Source: Eledone cirrhosa (taxonomy: Eukaryota). Taken from it: a stretch of 64,000 nucleotides of DNA. Positions 51,360 to 64,000 of this stretch are shown piece after piece (position 1 is the stretch's first letter; each line of letters opens with the position of its first letter). The translations under genes and the position numbers were made by a program. The notes under the pieces were generated by a model. The model worked only from the letters and a program-made list of their open reading frames with translations, had not been told where the DNA came from and ran no database searches. Location: assembly GCA_964016885.1 (NCBI GenBank), contig OZ024740.1:88040001-88104000 (forward strand), written 5' to 3'.

Positions 51360-51447
51360 TCCTCTTGATAAGTCGGCAGACCTCGCAAGGACTCTATATC
51401 TTTGATATATTGTTTTTGTTTATGCCACGAAACTACGTAGTCGAGGA
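51360..51447 (+). ncRNA. Type-I hammerhead, U3:A8 core variant
   Basis: TCCTC-TTGATAA-GT(C)GGCA...TGCCAC-GAAA-CTACGTAG-TC-GAGGA. Confidence 0.8.
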
Positions 51448-51544
51448 ATTTAGGAACAGTTTAGGTATGATACATTTTATTACTAATTATATCTAAATGT
51501 TTCTTCTCTCTTCATAATGTATATATATATATATATATATAATA

Positions 51545-51649
<105 letters not shown>

Positions 51650-51655
51650 TGTATG

Positions 51656-51707
<52 letters not shown>

Positions 51708-51822
51708 TAATAAAAGGAATTCCAACTTTGTCTGATTTACTCGTTTTATTTACAATCCTTTAAAATTTATAATGATATTAGAATGAAATAGTATGATAGA
51801 ATATTAAATGTTAAGTGTTAAT

Positions 51823-51861
51823 TGAACAAGTACTTTCATGCTTTCGCAATCTTCAGGTTCA
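51823..51861 (-). ncRNA. Minimal 39-nt type-I hammerhead
   Basis: TGAAC-CTGAAGA-T-TGC(GAAA)GCA-T-GAAA-GTAC-TT-GTTCA. Confidence 0.85.
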
Positions 51862-51929
51862 TAATGTGTGGTGGCAGTCAAGTTTGCAATTTTCAACACT
51901 GACCTAAGAGAAGTATAAATAAATAAATA

Positions 51930-52442
51930 AACAGAGAATTAAATAAATAAATAAATACATACACAAGCACAATAACAACAAACACATATAAACACACACT
52001 AGTAAACATAGAATACATTAACCAATACACAGTCACCCAATCACGAACACACATCAAACAAAACACTATACACACACGCAAACGCATGCGCAAAGAAGAC
52101 AAAATAAAATAAACAAACAAACAAATAAATAAATAAATATATAAGCAGACTAAATAAAGATGGCGTAGAAATACAATGCAACGGGAGGAATCTATAGCAC
52201 CACTGACGATGTTGCAGATGTGCAACGAAAGAACTTTGATAAAATATATATATGTGTTTGTGTCTATATTGTATCTGTATTATTTTTGACCGTTGGTCAG
52301 TCAATGGCAACATTGAGGACCGAAAATATTAGATTACCGATATAAAAGACACAGAAGCGAAAACCAACCAAACAGTGAGTGTGTTCTGATATTAATTCTG
52401 GCAATATTACACAAATATGACCCTCCACAAGTATAACAATAT
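51930..52442 (+). mobile_element. Solo Penelope pLTR related to 49525-49860
   Basis: Shares AAGATGGCGTAG, the hammerhead block and the ATGACCCT...ATAACAATA end. Confidence 0.75.
52199..52240 (+). ncRNA. Minimal type-I hammerhead in solo pLTR
   Basis: ACCA-CTGACGA-T-GTTGCA(GATG)TGCAAC-GAAA-GAAC-TT-TGAT; stem I has one mismatch. Confidence 0.78.
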
Positions 52443-53165
52443 TTGTTTCGACACACGATTTCATATAAAAAACCTCGCAAAACTAATTCATCGTCGTTAT
52501 ATTTATATATATATATATAAAAATAAATAAATATATATATATAAATATATATATTTATATATATATATATATATAAAAATAAATAAATATATATATATAT
52601 AAATATATATATTTATATATATATATATATATATTAAAATAAATAAATATATATATATATATATATATATAAATATATATATTTATATATATATATATAT
52701 ATAAAATAAATATATATATATATATACATATACATACACACACATATATACATATATACATTACATATATAAGGGAAGAAGAAGTTTATACTTTTTCAAC
52801 TCCATTTTACGTCCTATTATGCTGTATTTCAGGAGCGATATATACTTGTTTTAGTATCGAGGACAGCTGATTGTCAGAGTTGTATTTTATCACCACGATC
52901 AACTAACTATGGTGTAATCAAGCTTACTCTATGTCAGTTGTATCTAAGGTTTGGTATTACGTAGACAAGTATCCGGCAGGGTATTGGTATATTAGTAAAT
53001 ACGAAGATACGCTTCTACATGTTCTTACTCCTACTTCCTATTTTAGAGGCATTAGAATAATTACCTAAATCTAAAACGTCATCATCAGAGGGAAATTAGT
53101 AAGGTATGTGATATACAGATTGCGGAACATGAAGTGTTGATTGTCCATATATATATTTATACACG

Positions 53166-53197
<32 letters not shown>

Positions 53198-53267
53198 TGT
53201 ATGTATGTATGTATGTATGTATGTATGTATGTATGTATGTATGTATGTATGCATGTATGCATGTATG

Positions 53268-53740
53268 TCAGGTCGCTCTCGAGTGCTACTGGTAACATGT
53301 AACCCAGTACAACCTATCTCATGATCAGGTCATCGGCGACTAAACCGGCAACCCCACCAAGCCTGCTTGGTGAGGAGGGTGATATTTGAACAAGCTGCGG
53401 GATGAAATACAAGACCCAGCAAAGAGCGGAGGAACTCAGCAGAGTCAACGGCCACCCAAATAGTGTTTTTTTAAAATTTACCTGGGATTGAAAGGCCCCC
53501 AGTTGCTATCACCACACCTTTCTAGGAGATGGGAACTCTGGAAAAAAACCTTCGGCTTCGGAAGCATCCGATGATGTTGACCAGTTCTCTTTTTCGGGTA
53601 GTGTTTTCGATGCTCAGAGAGTGGGATTGCCTTTTCAGGATATGTTACAGGTTTGTGTGGCTGGCCGTAGCCTAAAAGTGCACCAAACTCTATAATCTGA
53701 CAAGCGATTGTAGTACTCTTAGCAGAGTTTACAGCCATCA
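53268..53740. mobile_element. GC-richer structured repeat fragment, possibly a LINE 5' region
   Basis: GC island between (ATGT)n runs; hairpins TACTGG/CCAGTA, CACCAAGC/GCTTGGTG and GGTCGCT/GGCGACT. Confidence 0.4.
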
Positions 53741-53789
53741 TGTATGTATCTATCTTAAAATCATGGGTTCTACAATGACGCCAGTTATA

Positions 53790-54002
53790 CGGCGGTCGAC
53801 TGTAAATTCATAGGCTGAAAGGTTCACAGACTGACCAAGATACTCTTATGGGATGACCAAATGAGGTTTATTTTTCAATATAGTCCCTGGGATGTAAGAA
53901 TGTAGTTATTAACAAGAAGAGCTGAAATTAATGAATGCAATATTTCATAGCTCTAATCTAACTCCTTTATAGCCAGACTATGCACTTTACATCCGACCCT
54001 TG
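53790..54002. mobile_element. mariner-derived MITE, degenerate
   Basis: Imperfect TIRs TACGGCGGTCGACTGTAAATTCATAGGCTG / CAGACTATGCACTTTACATCCGACCCTTGTA with TA ends. Confidence 0.65.
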
Positions 54003-55586
54003 TATGTGATTGATAAAATAACGTAAGATGATAAAAACAAAATCAATTATGAATGGCTTGTTGCATGTTTAGGATTCATTGTTTAGCAGTTATTCATAAT
54101 CATTATCCAGTTTGCAATCCACAGTCAGGGGTTATTTTGTTGTTGTTAAGGTTAAAGTAGTAAAAATGGGTGCCGGATATTAAATCTGTATATCCACACA
54201 TTCAATTTTTCTCAGCAGGTGAGAATAGTTTGTGTGTCTTAATGATGTGTGACTTCATAATACGGAGGATTATAACAATTGTATGTGTAGTGAGGACCGG
54301 GGTTTCACAATAAAAATTCTAATCCCCTTCCTTAGTTTTATGAATACTTGTGCAGTAACTGTTCTTGGAAGTGGTAGCTTTGAACTGAGATCTCAGTGTC
54401 ATTCTCAACATATCACAAGAGCAACGATTTTACAATATGTTATAATTCAACTGACCATGTGGTCAGCCTTTAGGAATGAGAACTGATCAGATTCGAGACT
54501 AATTTTAAAATCAATCTCCTGTTACTGTTCAACAGTAAGAATTTGATATTCACACACGCCCCCCCCCCCCACACACACACACAACACACACACAGAGCAA
54601 CGGGGATTATTTAGTTGGACTCTTGAAATGTCAATGCAAATATAATCAATTATTTACAACAGCAACAATAAAACAAGGACAGCCATGACAAGAACAATGA
54701 TGACTAAGATGATGAAGATAAAGATAATTGATAGTGTTGTTGTTGTTGTTGTTGTTGTTGTTTAGCCCCTGGTCAGTAGAGATCAAGCAGATCTACGATC
54801 AAAGGCTATTTCACTAATGACCATCTTTTTTCCCCCAAGAGACTGTGTTTCGGAACATATTATGATAGTGGTGATGACGATGATGCTGATGGCTATGGTA
54901 GCAGTGATGATGATAATCATAATAGGATAATGATGTTGATGGTGATGATGACGATAAGGATGATGAAATTCCTATGATATTTCCGTAAGCATAGAATATT
55001 TCGATTTATCGGAGAAAGTTAAATGCAAGCCATGCATCTCCACTGAGGGATAAGAATTTCAATGAAATCAACAAAGATTATAGTTATTGCTGCTGTTGTT
55101 GCTTAGCACAATGTCAGCCCTTAGAGGACCTCAGATCAAAGGCGTTTCAGACGTGACAATATATATATATTTTTTTAGATGACTACGATTAGATCAATGA
55201 CTCCAATGAGTCCTTCCCATTTTTAAGACGATAATGCATGATTTGATAAGTGCTGCGTCTTTTATTTCCACGGAGGAGATTATAAATGTCCTATATTTTG
55301 ATTATAGATGTCCTATATTTTGATTTCATTTTAGGTCTGAAAGGCATTGGGCATTTTAATGGGAACTGGGAATACCCCCGCTCCCGGGTATTACCGGGTC
55401 AGCTAGTATATATATATATATATTTAGAATTAATAAAGATATGTAAATAATCCTTTAATAAAAATATCAAACTTGAAAACAATTGTGTTTTTAATATAAC
55501 ATGATTAAAAAAAAAAGTTCCCTTTCGATACACACACACACACTCAAACACACTCAAACACACACACACACACACTCAAACACACT

Positions 55587-55645
<59 letters not shown>

Positions 55646-55671
55646 ATACGCGCACACACACATACACACAC

Positions 55672-55707
<36 letters not shown>

Positions 55708-55710
<3 letters not shown>

Positions 55711-55920
55711 AAAAAAGTATGACCCCGACGGCAGAGCTCAAGCCGTTTCGACGGCTATTTCTGGACTAAATTTAGTATTTAGTCCAGAAATAGCCGTCAA
55801 AACGGCTTGAGCTCTGCCGTCGGGGTCATACTTTTTTCCTATTTCTCACTCTACTACCCTAAGTATTGAGTACTCTGGTGCGTTATGGTCGATCTGGTTT
55901 CTTACCACAATTCCTTCGTT
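55708..55920 (+). mobile_element. Family X element with a near-perfect 5' fold-back hairpin
   Basis: 55708-55832 is a palindrome with ~60-bp arms and a 5-nt loop; the remainder matches 3431 and 4521; (TA)n flanks. Confidence 0.88.
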
Positions 55921-56156
55921 ATATATATATATATATATAAAGTCTGTTGGTGCATTGACCGGGGACACCATAAATCAGGGTTGTGCTGCTTGCTGAGGAA
56001 GGAGCAGAGTGGGTATAAAGGAAGGTTTAAACACTACTCTAACCCTAACCGTTTCGGCACAATTCATTCCACATACAAGCCGAAAATGCTAGGCGTTACG
56101 TTTGGGTTTATACCTTCCTTTACACACACACACGTACACACACACGTACACACACA

Positions 56157-56262
<106 letters not shown>

Positions 56263-56357
56263 ACACTTTCGTTCTCATGGGGTGCGAGACATAGGACATC
56301 AATGAATTTTTACCAAACCCGCTGTTCCCATCTTTCTCATGGTCTCTCACTCTCTCA

Positions 56358-56487
<130 letters not shown>

Positions 56488-57552
56488 CTCTCTTTTGTTA
56501 AACCGGTTACATTACGAACAAACTATCGCGTCAATAGATATCTCAAAACAATCTAAATCTTGAGAATCTCATAATATTATCTATTGGTTTTACATTAATC
56601 ATCTGCCCTGCTCTCTCTTTGGCTACATTATCTTGCCACATGATTCCTAATATTTTACGTAGAGTTTTGTGTTCAAAACCTAGTAATTTAACGTAGTGTG
56701 CTATTTAATGTAGTGTGCCACGACCGATGTCGATAAAGTGGTATTGATCTTGCCAAGAATATATAAAATTTTGCCTAAGTGCATTTTGAAACATAGTTGG
56801 ACTTCTGTATTGATTTTAACATGCCCATTTCTTGTTCCATATTTTTAATTATATTTCTAAACTTCAAAATAAGTGAGCAATTACTAGTAACAATAGTCCC
56901 CAAGTTCCTGAAGTGATTAGTGGTTTTTATTATTTTTCATTCTATGCTGCAATTGGATGGATTAACGTAATTTATATTCATCATTTCTGTCTTTGAATAG
57001 TCAGTAACAGGATAGAAACTTCAATTATGATTACAAGACTGTCTAATTGCATCTGGTGAACAGGAAAAATTCTCATAGTAGTTCGGAAGTCAAGTAATGT
57101 AATTAAAATACTTAATGGGGTATTAATCTGTCACCTATTGTCACGAAGGTGTACTACAGATTAATGTTAAGCAGAATTGAATGCAGTAATGAGAAGGTTC
57201 TGAGGGACAGAGAAAGCATGTTTCAGAAAGGTGAGGTTATAATGAACACATCATTACAATAAACATATAATACAAAAGGCAAACGAAACGAGAATGTTAT
57301 TAACCCTATCTATATAGATTTTCAAAAGGACTTATTAATACACAACGGAAAACATCGTCAAAAAGATAGGACATACCTTGAATATGGGATGGAATCTGGA
57401 ATTTTCAGCGCTTTCGAAAACGAGTGTTCCATTTATACAGCCATTAAATTAGCGTGCAAGTGGCTGAGCATACTACGGACACATCTATGCGTAACGTTAT
57501 TCTCAGGGCGATTCAATGAGATACTGTGTGATAAGGGAAGCCTTTTGAATTA

Positions 57553-58216
57553 CATGTACAGTCCTTCAAACTGGCTTTCAAACTGTTTCAATCCACACAA
57601 TTGTTGTTTTTTGTTTGTTTTGTGAATTTTGTTGTTGTTGTTATTGTTGTTTTCTCAATTAGTCAACTGTGAAGGTCATAAGGTTTATTCAAATAGTGAA
57701 CGTATATAAGCAAATAGAGTTACATTTAATATTCAAGTGTCTTTTGTGGTTATGAAAACGGAAAGGGAAGGGAAAGGCCTGTACTTATAAATGTCGACCT
57801 TAGGATATGGTAAATGACATTTGATCATGTTCTTGATTGAGCAGCAACATTCTTAAATATTCGGCCATGCTACTCATACACACTAAACTATACTGATAAA
57901 ATTTCAATTACGTATAAAGGAATCATGTGTGAGGTGATGGCCAATAGAGGTCTTATAGAGAATTCTGAAGTCAAGGCTCGTATTTTTCTGTTGGTGATTG
58001 ATTATGTGACGGAAAAAATTTACCGGTAAACCATGGACGGATAATAAGATGGTAGGAAATCTAGATTATGGTGACCACATGGCTATGATTACAAGAGAAA
58101 CAAAAGATTTAAATAGTTTATTAAGAAAAGGAAGTACGGTTATTGTGGTTATCAACTGTTCAGTGGCAGAAATGATGAATATAACCTATTTCAATCCACT
58201 CAATTACATGAGTAAT

Positions 58217-58281
<65 letters not shown>

Positions 58282-58409
58282 ATGCGTGCGTGCGTGTGTG
58301 TTTGTGTGTGTGTGTGTTTGTTGTATGTATGCATGTACAGTCCATCAAACTGGCTTTCAAACTGTTTCAATCCACACAATTGTTGATTTTTGTTTGTTTT
58401 GTGAATTTT
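57553..58409. repeat. ~78-bp near-identical direct repeats
   Basis: CATGTACAGTCC.TCAAACTGGCTTTCAAACTGTTTCAATCCACACAATTGTTG...GTGAATTTT at 57553-57630 and 58332-58409. Confidence 0.85.
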
Positions 58410-58959
58410 ATATATATATAGTATAAAAAAGTTTCATGCACTTAACATGTATGTGCGACCAATGGATTCGGGATCCAGTTATGACCACCACTGTATACTG
58501 CAGGAGGCTCTTCCAAACTGACCCCTTATCGGGCACGAGGAAAAATATACGAAAAGGGAAGTCGCTTCAACCGACTATTTTTGTTCCAAACAGAGGAGAG
58601 GTTCATATTGGAAACAGCGGTGGTAATAAGTTGCGTGCTAATTATCTAATAACTACGATTCCCTTGACTGAGACTGCTAGGAAGGATATGGTAGAATTGG
58701 AAGTCAAGAGAAGTAACTTTTGTGGCTGCTAATTTGTCAGCTATATTGTAAACAGTTAAAATAATTTAGATAAAAAAAAATATATTTAAAATATTTATGC
58801 CTCGTCTGATATTTCCTCAATACTTAAACTCTGAAATGTAAAAGGTTGATTTTATGCGTGATCGTTAGGTTACAATTTAATATTGTAATACTAAGCCCTC
58901 TTTCAACAAGCCATTATTTAGTGTGGTTGTCGTGTGCTCGTTGAAAGGTTATAGAGGGA

Positions 58960-59780
58960 AATAGTGTTATGGAGGATTTAGTAGGTCTGGTGAGAGGGCA
59001 TCTTGCGGTGTGGGTTTCCATTTGGATAAAAGTTGGTCCTTTTGATGCAAGCAATGCCTAAAGACTTCTGCTTTTGAGATTAGGTAATTTCCCTGCAAAA
59101 TCCTACAATTCTCCCTGAGACAGAGCGGCCACCTTTTCCAGTTTTGTTTGGCGGGGCCTTTTCCAGTACTTTCCATGTAATGTCATGTACGTCTTTGTCG
59201 TTAAGCTGCCAAACATCTTTTGTTAGCGCTGTAGTGGTTTTCATCTCGGCATCCTTAAATGAGGAGAGGTGCAAGTAAAACTTTTGCTTTAATCGATCCT
59301 GGACCATACCTACATATTTTGCACAGGTGTTTATGTATTTGATCTCTGCCTCGACTAATGGACATCCTTATAGTTTTGATGTAATGGACAGTCGTATTTC
59401 TTCCTGCAAGAGCATCCCGTATTCTCATCTGGCTTGTTTTTTGCAGTCATTTTGGATCTCATGGATGGCGCATACGAATAGGAAACTCTCACTGAACGTC
59501 GATTGAAGGTCTTACTGTATCTGTGTTGTGGGGTAAAGTGCTTATCGATGAGGTTAAGAATTTCTTACATTAGTCCTTATATTTGGTGAGAAAGAAGGCG
59601 CGAACAAGATCATAGTTATTCGATATTTATTTCTAAGTGGGTGTCTATTAAACATATACTTGTACTGTTCCTTAAATCCACTATCACAGAGGACTTTGTT
59701 ATATTACGGCATGCATTTTCAAATATCTCTCTACTGGAAGATAAGTTCGAGATGTTGGGCATTAGATTAGAACCGTAGTG
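58960..59780 (-). mobile_element. Degenerate Penelope-like element (linker + GIY-YIG)
   Basis: Minus strand: NLIDKHF..YSKTFNR.SVRVS, CSCRK..CP, KYVGM....KQKFYLHLSSF, TALTKDVWQL, ITWKVL, LCLRE. Confidence 0.75.
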
Positions 59781-60389
59781 GATGGTAGGTTCCTCTGTAA
59801 ATACATCCAGCTATAATTTTTACTCAATAATTGTTATATTAATCTGTATATTTCATTTGGACTATTGTTTTACAGCTTAAATTATATATTCCACTCAGCT
59901 ATCCGCACATTGTTCTGACAAGTACTTCATTAACAACCTGTGTTTCTGTGCTCCTGAATATCCCATCATAGGCTGAGTAGAACACTGAACAGATAATGTT
60001 AATATATATATATATACATATATAAATATATATATATATGTATATCTGTGTGTGTGTGTTTGTGTGTAGGATAAACTTATATCTGTATAAATACAGAGTG
60101 TGTAACTAAAACTGCACCAACGTGGATGGATATATACACATACCTAAAATATAGGCATGCCAACATGCCAGAAAATACCAAACTTTCTGTTGCAAGCTTG
60201 TGAAAACAACTAAAGGGTTCGAAGAACAAAGTTGTGGATTTAACAATCAACATATTTACACACATATACCCCAACATTATTTAGCATATAAAGCGATGAT
60301 GCAAGAATATAGCATTCTATAGTACTTTCAGAAAAGGTAAGATGCCAAAGGTTTGTTGTAAGATCTCACCGTTTTTCATATTTTTATTG

Positions 60390-60900
60390 AGTTTGGCGTT
60401 TTCAAACATTAGGACATTTTTACAAGTCAAAATAATCGCATCATTTGTGATTCCCGGCTGCTATATTTTAGAAAGGTACATTATTCCATCCCAGTTGATT
60501 TCTACTAGCTTCAGTGCAAAGAATTCCGTCAGTCACTGATTTAACTCGTCTTAATTTGCGAAGGTCTTTGACTGCATTGCATTGATCATTGAGAGAAAAA
60601 GGTGATAGTTTGTAGGCGAGAGCTCGGGCAAATATGGCGGGTGGTGCAGGACCATCTAATGTAGCTCCAGCAGCTTCTCATGGATCATCCTCGATGTATG
60701 CAGGCCAGCATTATCACGAAGGAGTCGAAAAGGACCGTAGTGTGGAAGAAGTCTATACTGGTGTTCGGTGGGGAGTAGCTCGAAGCCTTTACAGCTTGCG
60801 AAGCCGAAGGAAGCCTTTGCTTGCAGTTCTGGTGCACTCGCGTTATCAAACGATGACTGCTGATGCATGACAATAATGTATTGACACGAGCAATGATGCA
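60390..60900 (-). pseudogene. mariner transposase relic, C-terminal half
   Basis: LRDNAGLHT (HDNARPH-like), KLLEL..VLHHPPYLPELSPTNYHLF (YSPDLAP-like), DELNQ.LTEFFA. Confidence 0.8.
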
Positions 60901-60959
60901 TCATTTCATGTACACGTTGTTAGAATGACGACAATGTACAGACAACTGGCTGGTTGGAT

Positions 60960-61610
60960 TCTGAGAAGCTTCAGGACAGGAGACCAGAAATCATGTTGGT
61001 AATCTGAAGAACATTTATCCTCATCCGACTGGACTATTGCTCTCAGCTGTGGTCGCCTCACAGTGTCAAACTAACAGAACTCGAAGCAATCCATCGAAGC
61101 TACACCAGGAGGATTGCCTCAGTTAAGGAGATGAACTACTGAAGAGGCTGAAAGAGCTAAAGCTCTACTCCCTGGAACGTGGAACCAAGACGGGAGAGTT
61201 GCGCAGTCATATACATATGATAGAGCCTGGAAAGACTAGCACCAAACTTTGGCAATAAGAGCAGGACAAACTCTCGAACAAGACGCCTCCGCATAATGGC
61301 AAAATTCTCATCTTTTAATCTAGAAGAAGGACCAGATACCACAACAACCAGGGATTCAAAAGCCCTCGGCTTTTCAATAAGCCGGAGAAACAAACCTGTG
61401 AGATCTACATAGTGTGGATGTAGATGATTTCAAGAAGCATCTTAACATTCCACAAACCAAGATTTCAGATGAATCTACAACACGAGATGAAGTACACACA
61501 AGAGCAGGGGCGATAAACTCTCTCTTATACCAATGGCAAACCTAGGAATGTACAGTAATTATAGTGACAATGGTGGTATCTCAGGATGGGCCAAACAAGT
61601 CGGCTGGCAC
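60960..61610 (+). mobile_element. CR1-clade LINE 3' relic
   Basis: LDYCSQLWSP..LEAIHR.YTRRI..MNY..RLKELKLYSLER motifs. Confidence 0.8.
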
Positions 61611-61647
61611 GGATAAAAGAATAGGAGAGTATATTGATATATACATT

Positions 61648-61790
<143 letters not shown>

Positions 61791-62042
61791 TTGAAAGGTG
61801 ATCCAACCTTTCAAACCAATCCCAGCTCGGCTTTGTTGCAATTTCTGAGAGTGGCTTTCACCACAACATACTTCTCTTTCTCCCCCTCCTCCCTTCTCCC
61901 TATCCTCCCCCAACTACTACCAGCCAAAACCCAAAAATCAAAACTGGTACTTCTCTTAGCCAACTAACAGAGAAAGAAGGACAAACACGGACAGAGATAT
62001 GAACTCCCATTTCAAAATATGTATATACAAATTAATAATTAT

Positions 62043-62611
62043 CTAGTTGATAAGAAAATTAGTATGTTGTGATTCAATATGGAGCTTTGTAGTTATGTAA
62101 GAGGTATTTCGAGACGCGTGGACAACGTGTGAAGATTTTCATTTCTCGTGTTTAGGCAATCACTATTGCATAATCTCTTTACAATATTTATTCGTTCATC
62201 AATACATAGTCCACACGACGGATTTCCCCTTGTGTATGGCTTGGACTTAGTGATGGCTTTCCATTGAATGGAGTAGTCTATAACTTGAGTCCCTGAGGGA
62301 CCATACGTGGCTCGCGAGTTTCGTGGATGAACGTCTGTCCGGGTACCTAAAGGTACATAACTACAAAGCTCCGGATTGAATCACAACATCCTAATTTTCT
62401 TATCAACTAGTAACTTTCGGACTTTCGCAGTTATCTCCCTTACACCTCTTACACGCTTTTTAGTATTGCCTGTGTGAGGTGAAGGTTTCTGCGCATGCGC
62501 GTTCGTACGGTTGTCCTTCCTGTTCCGTATAACCATGTCCATTGCGAGCTGAGGATCCGCTAAGGTGAAACAATTGTTCTCGGTATGGTGAACTAACTGT
62601 TGTGTAAACAC

Positions 62612-62615
<4 letters not shown>
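62043..62615 (+). mobile_element. Non-coding pLTR-like element with an inverted segment and a 3' hammerhead
   Basis: 62043-62099 is the reverse complement of 62354-62410; ends in (TA)n. Confidence 0.7.
62532..62589 (+). ncRNA. Type-I hammerhead, canonical core
   Basis: ACCAT..CGAG-CTGAGGA-T-CC(GCTAA)GG-T-GAAA-CAATTG-TT-CTCG..ATGGT. Confidence 0.85.
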
Positions 62616-62646
<31 letters not shown>

Positions 62647-62992
62647 CAATGTGCGTATGTGTGTATGTATTTATATATATATATATCATGTTAACTGTAA
62701 TATTACCAGCACGTATTACTGATAAAGATATTGGCAATGCGTCGCAAAAGTTTTATGAATCTGTGAAACACCAAGTGAATACAATTTATTGAATAGAATA
62801 TAATTCTTACGCAGCCAACGCCACTGTCCTAATTTTCTGATATATATTAAAATATTGAAAGTATAAACACAGATATTTTTCTTCAGGCATAAAAAATGTT
62901 CTATGTGTGTATGGAACTGTGTCTTGTACGTGCATGTAAGTAGTAATTCAAGTATTTATGTAAATATATACATGTATAACTAAATATATATA

Positions 62993-63075
<83 letters not shown>

Positions 63076-63832
63076 CTGTATATATATGTATATATATATT
63101 ACACTCACATACATACACACACACGCCAATATATATATATATATTAATTCTGGTAACATTCATTTCGAAATAATATTATATTTAATGTTTCTAAAAGTAA
63201 AAATAATAAAAAAAATAATAAAAAATCACACCGATATTAATATTATTTTGTATCTATGATTATTTGTAATTTTATGTGTTGCAAATCATTGAATTGAAAC
63301 CACCAAGGAAAACAGGCTTCTTGAAAATATATAAATTTTCTCACCCACTTCAATATTTTTTGGAAAGATTTGACTTTTATTTTTGTTATTATAGTTTTTG
63401 ATTTTTTTCACGTTCTTTTTTCTCGTTATTTCTTTTTTGTTTAGTAATCTATGGCTATACACTTGCATAACATATGTTATTTTCGCAAATAATATGATTG
63501 TCTTCTGGGATATTATAAGAATTATCTTTAATTTTCTTGGCTTGCCCCTCAAATACTGAAGATAGGACGCCATCTTTTAAATTTTATTTTTTATATATGT
63601 ATCTATTTTGATTTTGAAACATTTTAATGTCATAAATATCAGCCGTTATTTATTTCATTAAACATTTCAATATTGGTTTATTTTAATTAAACTTTTAAAA
63701 AATGTCCCGAATATTGATGGTATATCCATGTATTTCTCGAGAAAATGGAAATTTTCGACTGAAAATGAAAACTGCATGGTGGACTCCGCTGATTGGGAAA
63801 AATGGCTATAAATATACATTTAGTCTTATTAA

Positions 63833-64000
63833 TTGTATTTTTGGCACAAGGCCAGCAATTACTCCAGTGCTTTATTTTATCGACTCCGTAAGGATGAAAG
63901 GCACAGCTAACCTCGGCAGGATTTGAACTCAGAAAGTAAAGAGCCATATCTCTATGCTGCAAAGCATGGTATCTGACGCTCTACCGTTACTGGCAATCCA
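63833..64000 (-). mobile_element. tRNA-derived SINE running off the window end
   Basis: Reverse complement of the family consensus. Confidence 0.88.

Noticed and set aside
53030-53095. CTGATGA on minus followed by a weak hairpin
   Set aside because: GAAA and downstream elements are missing
56590-57400. Possible CR1/L2 RT fragments (IYIDFQK at ~57308)
   Set aside because: Too degenerate to set boundaries or strand
60880-60950. Hammerhead-like GAAA-TGATGCATCA-TT on minus
   Set aside because: Core has three mismatches and overlaps the mariner relic

Overview
This is repeat-saturated eukaryotic DNA with no recognisable host gene. It is most likely from a coleoid cephalopod such as an octopus, inferred from the SINE and RTE-tail families and the dense TA/CA/ATT microsatellites. 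Two systems stand out. (1) At least 10 type-I hammerhead ribozyme motifs can be folded by eye, plus several half-sites. They belong to several unrelated short elements beside or inside (TA)n tracts: Penelope pseudo-LTRs, two partial-tandem retrozyme-like units (707 and 485 bp), and fold-back palindromes whose axis lies in the ribozyme stem II. One motif is a U3:A8 covariant-core variant. (2) A ~17 kb nest (19.7-36.8 kb) of R4/Dong-like RLE retrotransposons and Tx1-like LINEs is stacked in one (TAA)n microsatellite. The two clades face opposite ways relative to the repeat, and one Tx1 copy has an intact 1139-aa ORF2. The window also has a pogo/Tigger transposon, CRE, RTE, CR1, Penelope and mariner relics, and tRNA-derived SINEs whose 3' tail aligns with the Tx1 3' end. 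All RNA folds and family assignments were made by eye, without searches.
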